Below are positions 12,541 to 22,999 of a stretch of DNA of 64,000 bases, piece after piece. The position numbers and the translations under genes were made by a program. Numbering within the stretch: position 1 is the stretch's first letter; each line of letters opens with the position of its first letter. Source of the stretch: Eledone cirrhosa (Eukaryota); NCBI GenBank assembly GCA_964016885.1, contig OZ024740.1:327298001-327362000 (forward strand). Reading direction: 5' to 3'. The notes under the pieces were generated by a model. It ran no database searches. It was not told the DNA's origin and saw only the letters and a program-made list of their open reading frames with translations.

Positions 12541-13106
12541 TGTTGAGGAATTTTGAGCGTCCTTCATATTTGGTCTACGTTGCTGCAATCAGTCTAAGGA
12601 AAGCAACGTCACGGTTTCTATTGGCAGCTACAACTATACAGAATGGTAAGCATTTGAAACTACATAAATCATTAGAATGCCTACATATACGCAATGCATA
12701 ACGAAAAATGTACATGTTCCTACTGTAGCAAACGTATGGCACCCCCTCATTTGTACCTTTCACTCAAAGTCGTCATACATTATCTCCGTCATCCCACAAC
12801 GACTTCAGTCCCTGAATTGCCAAACATCCCACATTATTGTCATAAATTTCAGGTGACTCACTTTTGGGCTGGTGACTTCCTTGTGGCATAGTTCGCGTTT
12901 GGAGCTTCACCGCGTCAAGGTCACACTTTTACACTCATTCACCTTTCATATGCCATAACATTTTACCGTTTTTACATCGAACAACACATATTTCTTATGG
13001 TTAAAAATAAATGATTTTTGATGATTCGTGCTACGTTGTTTTCTCTTTAAGAAAATGATTTACTAATAGTAGACTTACACCCAGGCAACGCCGGGTATGG
13101 CTGCTA

Positions 13107-13155
<49 letters not shown>

Positions 13156-13222
13156 TGTATATATACATACATATAAATATAAGTATATATACATACATCT
13201 ATACACATATATATATATATAT

Positions 13223-13265
<43 letters not shown>

Positions 13266-14319
13266 TCCTCAGGGAAAGACGTAATGCAGACAGACAGACA
13301 TCCTCAGTTTTATATATATAGATAAAACTACAGTATATAGGCCTCGCAGTGCAATGTGTAATTGTCTCCTGACAAACGAGTAACCTCATGTCAACCATGT
13401 AAAGAAAATGACACGTTTCTGTTGTGTACGAAGAAAATAATGAAAATATTTTCAAATTTGTTTACGTTTTCACAACGAATCTTATAAAATGCAATTATAT
13501 ACACATTAAATTTGTCTAAGCTTTTCTAATATACACTAAAGTCTAAAGTTTGTCTCGAGCCCTGGGGTTCACCAGACTGTTGTTTAACCCATAGTCCGTG
13601 GCGTGAGGGCACACGACTTCTCCCACCCTTGACAGAACGGCAGTTCATCGCACGGTTAAATCCCCAGCTATTGCTTGTACTCATGTTCAGCCGAATGTAC
13701 CGGAACAACGCGAAATGAAGTATTTTGCTTAAAAACACAACACACAAAACAGTCCAGGAATCGAACCCACAGCATTATGACCGTGAGTCCAATACACTCA
13801 TGACTAGGTCACGGATGTTTAATTATCTAAATTAAAACGGATATTGTAGTGAGCTTTTGGTTTGTGTTTGATGAAAATAACGATTCACACGGTATATTTG
13901 AAAGTGAGGGCATTTGTCTTTTGACGAACCTGTGAAACATGGACAAATTAACCAAGAAACTAATAAAATGTTTTCACGTTTCTTTACATTTTATAACTAT
14001 AATTAGAATATTAGTGTTTTTGTTTGTGTGCGTGTGTGTGTATGTGAGTCGTGAATAAAAGTAACACTACCTGTGCAATGCCCATACACGTACTAACATA
14101 TTTATTTTGTGTCTGCAAAAAATCAGCGTAGCCGAATGGTTAAGAAGTTCGTTTCGCAATCATAAGGTCCGAGGTTCAATCCCACAGCGTGGCATCTTGC
14201 GAATGTGTCATTGCTCACACCTTCAGACCAACCCAAAACGTTGTCAGCGAAATTGGGTAGACGGGAAATAATTGGAAGACCATCGAATGGGAGGACCAAC
14301 ATTGTCATTATTTACACGC

Positions 14320-14515
14320 GACAGATTTTACAGGTAAAGCCAGCCGACAGGAGACCCAGGGGTAGACCCTGAACAAGATATTTGGATAACATCCATGAGC
14401 TTGACTGGCCAGCCGGATCAATTCGCTACGGTTGCTTCTGAGACGATCTATAGGAAAAACTTTTTGAAGACTCTGCATCCACGACCCCCTCAGGAATAGA
14501 TGGGCGAAGAAGAAC
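14320..14515 (+). mobile_element. 3' fragment of an RTE-clade LINE
   Basis: KPADRRPRGRP*TRYLDNI (R-P-R-G-R-P-x-x-R-W/Y-x-D-x-I C-terminal motif), ending in a (GAA)n-like tail. Confidence 0.55.
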
Positions 14516-14542
14516 GCTGAACTTCCCTGAAAATTATATTAA

Positions 14543-14752
14543 CCCTTTAGCATTTAAACCGACCAAAATTATCTCATCTATTTCTGTGCAAATCGGCCAT
14601 AACCGATGTTCATACTGATGTTAGGGTATTGTTCTCAAAACAAATAGCATCAAACACTCATAGATTCGATATTATGTGAGATAATTATGTAAAATAAAGT
14701 GTTTACCGTGAAAATACAATAGTAAATATAGAGTAATGTAAATGCTAAAGGG
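14543..14752. mobile_element. piggyBac-type MITE
   Basis: TTAA target duplications (14539-14542, 14753-14756) flank perfect 14-bp TIRs ccctttagcattta / taaatgctaaaggg. Confidence 0.8.
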
Positions 14753-15406
14753 TTAAATATACACATGCCAGTGGAATAGTCAGCCACTTGCACGTTCATC
14801 GAACAATAAGGGCGCTCATCGTCGAAACTGACGATGCTTGATTCCAGTGTTAATCGACCAACTAGATTATCCTTGTTAACACTCACAAAAGGTCTCTTTA
14901 CAGAACTCTGGCAGAAGATACGCCGATGTATTCACATAGCTTCAATACAATATACAGTTGAAGTGGCTGTTGCAGCGGGTGTCACTGGCTATTGTTCACG
15001 GGAATGCCTTTGCTGTCCTGTCTGCGGAGTGCAGCTCCATAATCTTCGCGCCCTAGGCACAGAGCCCAATCACCCTCCCTCACCCTCCTCATTATTATGT
15101 GACACTAGAGCCTTTCTCTTCCTTTTCCGTTTTTTTTTTAAATTTTATTTTCTTATTTCATATTCCATTCTTTCTCCTCAATCTAAATTTTTTCTATTAA
15201 ATTGTTTTTATCAAGATATAAAAATAAATTTATTTCTATATTCTGATACTAACTCGATTTGATTGTTTTATATTATATATATATATATATATATAGGAGC
15301 ATACATACATTCATACAAACATACATATATACATACATACGCATACTCACATACATACATACATACATACATACATACATACATACATACATACATACAT
15401 ACATAC

Positions 15407-17294
15407 ATGGTGGCTGCCAACTCGTTTTCGAGTACGGCCACTACTTTATATCCATGTAGGATAACCCCTACTGATGCGCTGAACGAGTGTGACTTTTTAG
15501 TCCAGCCAGCGATTTGAAAACTCTGGTTCAAACACTACACTTGTGACAATTATTGACACAGAGTGCTGGGCCCATGGTACCATGTGATGACAAGTGCAGA
15601 GATATCTCCAGATATAAAGCAATGCATGTGCTGTGAAGCTTTTACAGTGAGCAAAGGCAGTGCACAAAGCCAGTCCCACTCTCTTAACCAAGATGATATT
15701 TACCAAAAAGAAGAACAAGTCAACATCATTGGATACCATCAGGGTTGCAGGTGTTATATCAGAGTTTCCCTTCTCCTAGAATTCTGCCTTGACAAAGGCT
15801 AAGGGGTCATCTCTCCCGATGATTTTGGATGGCCATTGACTCTTAAGAGCGCCTTTGCCCTTTGACAGGTTTTGTTTTTAGTCCTGCAGGATGTCCAAAG
15901 TCACCCTCCTCACCAAGAAACCTTGGTGGGGTTGCCAGTTTAGTCGCCAACGACCCGACCATGAGACAGGTTGTACTGGGATACATACATACATCCATAC
16001 ATACATACATACATACATACATACATACATACATACATACATACATACATACATACATACATACTACATACATACATACATGGTGGCTGCCAACTCGTTT
16101 TCGAGTACGGCCACTACTTTATATCCATATAGGAGAACCCCTACCGATGCGCTGAACGAGTGTGACTTTTTAGTCCAACCAGCAACTTGAAAACTCTGGT
16201 ACAAACACTACACTTGTGACAAATATTGACACATAGTGCTGGGCCCATGGTACCCTGTGACGACAAGTGCAGAGAGATCTCCAGATATAAAGCAATGCCT
16301 GTGCCGTGAAGCTTTTATAATGAGCAAAGGCACTGCACAAAGCCAGTCCCACTCTCTTAACCAAGATGATATTTACCAAAAAGAAGAACAAGTCAACATC
16401 ATTGGATACCATCAGAGTTGCAGGTGTTATATCAGAGTTTCCCTTCTCCTAGAATTCTGCCTTGACAAAGGCTAAGGGGTCATCTCTCCCGATGATTTTG
16501 GATGGCCATTGACTCTTAAGAGCGCCTTTGCCCTTTGACAGGTTTTGTTTTTAGTCCTGCAGGATGTCCAAAGTCACCCTCCTCACCAAGAAACCTTGGT
16601 GGGGTTGCCAGTTTAGTCGCCAACGACCCGACCATGAGACAGGTTGTACTGGGATACATACATACATCCATACATACATACATACATACATACATACATA
16701 CATACATACATACATACATACATACATACTACATACATACATACATGGTGGCTGCCAACTCGTTTTCGAGTACGGCCACTACTTTATATCCATATAGGAG
16801 AACCCCTACCGATGCGCTGAACGAGTGTGACTTTTTAGTCCAACCAGCAACTTGAAAACTCTGGTACAAACACTACACTTGTGACAAATATTGACACATA
16901 GTGCTGGGCCCATGGTACCCTGTGACGACAAGTGCAGAGAGATCTCCAGATATAAAGCAATGCCTGTGCCGTGAAGCTTTTATAATGAGCAAAGGCACTG
17001 CACAAAGCCAGTCCCACTCTCTTAACCAAGATGATATTTACCAAAAAGAAGAACAAGTCAACATCATTGGATACCATCAGAGTTGCAGGTGTTATATCAG
17101 AGTTTTCCTTCTCCTAGAATTCTGCCTTGACAAAGGCTAAAGGGTCATCTCTCCCGGTGATTTTGGATGGCCATTGACTCTTAAGAGCTCCTTTGCCCTT
17201 TGACAGGTCGGGTCGTTGGCGACTAAACTGGCAACCCCACCAAGGTTTCTTGGTGAGGAGGGTGACTTTGGACATCCTGCAGGACTAAAAACAA
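15407..17294 (-). mobile_element. Three tandem ~570-bp bipartite non-autonomous RTE-derived elements separated by (CATA)n
   Basis: Units at 15407-15980, 16080-16653 and 16745-17294. Minus strand has an RTE-like 5' UTR box (ctaggagaagggaaactctga) fused to a C-terminal C2H2-like tail (CSVCTRVFKLLVGLKSHTRSAHR*), then a 3' UTR and (ATGT)n tail. Confidence 0.75.
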
Positions 17295-17339
17295 GACATA
17301 CATACATACATACATACATACATACATACATACATACAT

Positions 17340-19345
17340 CCTAAGGTTAAAGACAGAGAGGGAGGACTCTATTTTCTCTGATAAAATAAAATATTGCAGG
17401 GGTATATTTCAGGGGGACAGTCTCTCTGTGATATTATTCATCTTGTCATTAAACCCTTTGTCCTTTCTGCTCAAGAAATGTGAGGGATACATCATTGGCT
17501 CACAGGAGGACGGAAATACGAACCTAACCCATAATTTCTTTGTGGACGATCTGAAACTCTATGCCAAGAACGTGGATGGGATGAAAAAAAATCTTGACCT
17601 GGTTACAACGTTCTCAAAGGATATAGGAATGGAGTTTGACCAAGATAAATCCTCATACATGACTGTAAAGCGAGGAAAAACAACAACCCAATCTAGCAAC
17701 ATTGTCATCAATGGCCTAACTGTTTCACCGATATATGATGAGGACTGCTACAGATACCTGGGGATAGATGAGAACATATCATATAATGGTATATGTAATA
17801 AAGAACGCGTAACCATGGAATACTACACCCGATTAAGAAGATCTGGTCATCGGAACTTTCTGCGCAAAACAAAACAGTGGCTCACAATGTGTTTGCTGTA
17901 CCTGTCCTAACACCAACGTTTGGAATACTCAGTTGGACATTAGACGAAATCCGAGCAGTTGATGTTGGAACTCGAAAAATACTAAACAACACTGGAAACT
18001 TCCACATCGACAGTGACATAGACCGCCTTTACTTGAAACGTAAGCAGGGAGGCAGAGGCGTAACATTAGTCCAGACAACATTTGAATGTCGCATCATATC
18101 TCCCCGACAACATCTACGAACCTTGAAGTGTAGGATCCCGTTTCTCGAGCAAGTCTATCTGCATGAAACAGATAAGATCAACAGAGTTGAGAAGGAACTC
18201 CTCGAGAGATATTCCCTGTGTGATAATCAAAAACTCACACCCAGGGAAGTCGCTCAGCAGTATCGCAGTGAATCCATGGATGAAAAACTGCATACTTATC
18301 AGCAAAAGATCATGCATGGATATGTTGCCAGGAAGCTCCAGAGTGAGAGTAATATAGATAAGGAAAGTAGTCTATCTTGGACCAACAACCGCAATATTGT
18401 CTCCCACTTTGAAGGATACGCTTTTGCAATCCAAGACCAGGAGATTAACACGAAATACCTGATTCACAAAAGAGATAGAGATGCAGGCAAAACACCTAGA
18501 TGTGATAACAAGTGCAGACTCTGCAGAACTAACATCGAGGATATCACCCATGCCATCATCAGTTGTCCAAAGATGTCATCGCGGTACTATCTATCTATGA
18601 GGCATGATGTAGTGGCCAAAACACTGTACAATGCAGTTCGTAAAAAGATAGCCCCGATAATAAACACATTAAAAGCTACAGCAATGTGGAAGACATCGAT
18701 GTACATAATATGAAAGAGTACTGGTGGAATGTTCCAGTAAAAACCCAAATAAAATGCAGGCATAACAGACCAGATATTATGATATGGGACAGGGAGAAGA
18801 AAGCATGCACAGTAGTGGAAATTAGCTGCCCAGCAGATGCCAATATAATATAAAAAATTAGTGAAAAGGAGAATATTTATGCAGAACTGATGAGAAATCT
18901 GCAGATACTCCACCCTGATTACACCTTCAGATTTATGCCTGTGATTGTTGGGGCACTGGGATATGTTAGTAACTGCCTCAATACAAATCTTGAGAAGCTA
19001 GGCTTCACAGGAACAGAAAGAACACAACTAGTTAGGAAATTACAAGTACAATCCATTAATGGAACAGTAAAAATATGTAAAACATTCCAAACATTTTGCA
19101 TCTAATAACTGCATATACACATATACAGATGCGAAGCATATACACATGCACACATACAACTCAAAACATACACATCCACACATACAATAACATCCATATC
19201 TACACATGCATGGATACATACATATCTACCTAGTTGATGTTGTGTAAATTCCAATGAGAGGGTCTTGTGTCTATGTTAGAAACCGACTCTCTCTCTATTG
19301 GTAAAACTTTGTGAAATTATAAAACCAGAAGAACATACATACATC
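17340..19345 (+). mobile_element. 5'-truncated R4/Dong-like non-LTR retrotransposon (RT, CCHC and REL), frameshifted
   Basis: GIFQGDSLS, THNFFVDDLKLY, YRYLG, DIDRLYLKRKQGGRG, zinc knuckle CRLCRTNIEDITHAIISC, RHD, HNRPDIMIWD..VVEISCP. 3' UTR ends in catacatacatcc. Confidence 0.9.
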
Positions 19346-19399
19346 CATCCATCCGTCCCTCCGTCCGTTTGTCTGTCTGTCTGTCGACGGAGGTTGACG

Positions 19400-21533
19400 T
19401 GTATTAACGAGCACTGTGTTTTACATTGGTTTTAGCTTGTAAAGAGTGGGTTTGGGAATTTATTTTTCTATTGTGATATACTTTAACCCCTTGTTTGGGC
19501 CTGCAGACGTTGGGGTTATTATTATTTTCGCCCCTTTTTGGGGTGAAAGTTTTCTACTTACAATCTTGTGAACTCAGCTTGTAGTCATGGACGGCATTAA
19601 TACAAGTCATGGTGCCACGCTCCCCAAAGAAAAAAAATCTTCGAGGAAAATTGAAAGCACAAAGTGCCCAGCTTCCCCCCCCCCCCCCCCCTTCCTTTAA
19701 CGAAAAACGTTAATAAAGAACAACAGACAACAACCGAAAATTGGAAATAATACCAGCAACGGAAAAATTATCGATACCAATACGAACGCCAAAGTGAACA
19801 GCGACAACAACAACAATAACAAGAAAGACAACGACAACAAAATTTCCTTTGCGCAAACTGTAAAAAAAAAACACAAGTGTTCCTACCTTTGGATTTAAGC
19901 AACGCAAAGCAAAAGTTGGAAGAAGCAAAAAGGTATGTGATTTTCGAACCCGATGGTTCATTCAGCATTAATTCCTCAGAAGAAATAAAAAGAGAAATTG
20001 CCACGAGCACGGTGGTGTTCAGGACAGTCTCGAATGCTACAAAAAAAAACAGTACAACCGTATCAGAGTGAGATAGAGCTGGTTTTAAGGAACCAAATGG
20101 AAAGCATTTTGTTCATTCAAAAAGGAAAACTCTTCGGTAACATCTCGGTGCTTATGAAGGATCAAGAAACGGCGCAAAAACATTCTATTGCGCCCATTGT
20201 ATCCACCCACTTCACCTTTTTTCCGTCTTACATGGGAAGAAGGTCTCAAAAAATAAAATTCAATTGCATAAGACCCAAAGTAGACACTTGGTGGCTACTT
20301 TGTGGCGTTTTAGACCTTGACCAAGACATTATAATCTCAGGTGGAAAGTCCCCCAGAGAGGTCTTTAGTGGGACCAGCGTAGAACTTCTGGTGCAGATGA
20401 GCCCAGAAAGGATAGCGAAGATCCCACAGAGAATTCATTTAGATGGAGAGACCTACATAAATATTTCAGTTGAGGGTAGGCGACCCGCGTGTTACCACTG
20501 CGCAAGCAGAGGTCACCTGAGGGTTGCATGCCCTCAACTGATAAAAAAGAAACCATTATTACAAACACCACAAACAATAACACCACCAACACCACCACAA
20601 CAACAACAACAACAGCTCAAGAAAACAACCCAAAACACGGTCCCACCCAGCCCCTCCCCTCAGAACACAAATACAAAAACACACGCAGTGCAAACACAAC
20701 CTGGTAATATACCCATCCCCTCCAATACGGAAGAGGAGCTCATATACTCGGAAGACGAGGGGGCTCCCTTCCAAAAAGTCAAAAGAAAAAACGTACACAC
20801 ACCACACAAACAAAAATAACCCCACCTGACAACACAACACATACAACAAAACGCAAGCACACTCAAGAACAACAAACAAAAACAAACACAACAACACAAA
20901 AACTCTACACATACATAAACAAAAACAATAAAAACTTAGTAGACAAAATAAACAATAACCCTTCGGTACAAACCGAAGGGCCGAATTTCACAATGGCAAT
21001 GAGACTTCCTAACCTGAAAATCGTGAAGGTCCCACTTGACATTTTTAAAACATTAAAAAACATTTACCCTGAAGACGTGGAGCCACCCTGCACCAGGCCA
21101 CACGACCGCGTCCTCCTGAAAGGTTTTCCCCTCCCCTCCTCAAACACCCACACAATTCCAAACACCCCTCCACACACTAATACCCCCACACCACCTTAAA
21201 CCACCGCCCACCCAACAACCCCTCCACCATGGAAACTGAACAGCCCGGACCCCGGGACGCAGAGAGGTAAGTGCCTCTCTCTTTACCACCAACATGGCTG
21301 TGTTAAGAGTAGGTTGTCTAAATGCGCGTGGCCTGGGCTCACCTTGGAAGCAAGCTAAACTTCTAAATGACCTCAGGTCACGATGTATAAATGTGATGGT
21401 TATTTGCGAGGCCCGGATCAGCAGCGTGCGACAACTAGCCTCCACCTTTGATGACTTTGAGATGCACGCATCTCTCTGTCAGCCCGGAGGTGGGGGTGGC
21501 GTTGTCGTTCTGCTGCAAAAACATTTGCTGCAA
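19400..21533 (+). mobile_element. Tx1/L1-like non-LTR retrotransposon 5' half (ORF1 gag-like plus start of ORF2 APE)
   Basis: ORF1 pieces (19587-21199) with zinc knuckle VEGRRPACYHCASRGHLRVAC. ORF2 start VGCLNARGLGSPWKQAKLLNDL..NVMVICEARIS..GGGVVVLL matches the APE endonuclease N-terminus. Confidence 0.8.
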
Positions 21534-22999
21534 AAATGGTGATGCTACATCCTTGTAGCATCACCATTTCAGTATAGTCCTACACCCTGCTTGACACATA
21601 TATAGCACTGATTGGCATATATAGCTTTCGTCTATGAAGTGTAACTCATTGAGATGCATATTACAGACAAGTTTCGTGCTTTTCAATCATTGAACATACC
21701 AGCATAAGAAATAAAATAGGAAAAAAACAATTAGGAAATTCTTGAGAACGTATGGTGGCTGACGAACGGTGGTTGGTATCTCGTTATTTACAGTAAAGTA
21801 CTGCAAGTAGAGATAACAAGATTCTCACATTATTTCTCTGTGTGAATTCATTTAACAAATATGGAATTTATAAAATACAACAAAGGAAAAACGCTAGAAG
21901 AACAGCAATAATATTTCAAACAAAATTATACAATAATCCATAAATAATTTCTTTTCGTTGTAAAGCGTTCGTTTTTTCATCATCTATTTTTCTATTCTTC
22001 TTCTTCTTCAAATATTCTCATCAAAGAATTATAATAACGAAGGCAGACAAAACAGGAGACGAGACTGTAAAATCAAAGAAAAATCAATTTCAGGTATATC
22101 TTGGGATCATATTAGTGGCAATGTTAAACAATGTTAAACACCAGTAATGTTACGAACAGTATGGCAGTCTTGCTTAGGCCCAGTGGAACTTATCCCTGAA
22201 AGGCTGGACAGGGGTCCTAAATCAATACATTGCACCTACTATATATTGCCGATTGACCGTCGTGCCTTACCTCAAGTTTTCGTCTATTCAAATTAGCACG
22301 TCTCTTCTTACACTTCCCTTCAAAAGATGACATTACCAGGTGACATTATCAGTTTGAGAGAAACACCTTAGGCTCAGAGTGACGAAACCGATTTGTGTGC
22401 ACTCGTTCAGTGTCCGAGAATTACTGGCTTGATGAAATTTGTCGTACAACTGCTATCGCGTATAGGTCAGATTTGGTTATCGGGTGTGTCCATTATAAAT
22501 GTTTCCCACCTCCTTCCCTTAGCTTGGAAAGATATGTAGGTTCTGGCAAAATAGTATGCGTATTGGCAGCGACTGAGCTCAGCGAATGAAGTCACTTTCA
22601 TCTTCGGCCAGGCCCTCGTCGATTTATTCAATTACACCCTAAAAAAGAAGTTGAAGCTGGAGAGGGTGGCGTTGTCCTCCAGTTAATTTGTAAAAGTCTG
22701 GGTGGCAGGGACAATGGTGTCCGACTGATAAGGCTTAAATTTAGCATGCACCAACCAGTGAGGAGGGAGGATCAAGTGAGAAAGAATACTTTCTCTTAAC
22801 GGCCTCAGTCATCCTGTGGTGTTCTGTGACTGGCCATAAGTGATGCTCCTATCCTCTGGTGTTTTTTTAACATGTTTGTATATTGTTTATAGCTTTTTGT
22901 GTCAATCTCCTTTTACTTCCTTCGGATTTCTATGTGCATACTTATATGGTTTGCAGGTTGTCTCGGCAATATATCTTAGTAACAAATAAAAGAAACTAT

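Larger units (their letters stand above)
8821..13107 (+). mobile_element. Helitron, internally deleted but with both termini
   Basis: 5' a|TCtataaaa...tgtctgtctgtctg at 8821. 3' hairpin CCCAGGC-AAC-GCCGGG (13080-13095) followed by CTAG|t (13104-13107). Inserted at an A|T site in a TA-rich array and contains a Rep/helicase pseudogene. Confidence 0.85.

Noticed and set aside
15407-17294. Repeat-spacer-like periodicity resembling a CRISPR array or tandem gene cluster
   Set aside because: The units are ~570-bp retroelement copies separated by microsatellite. Eukaryotic context and no cas genes.
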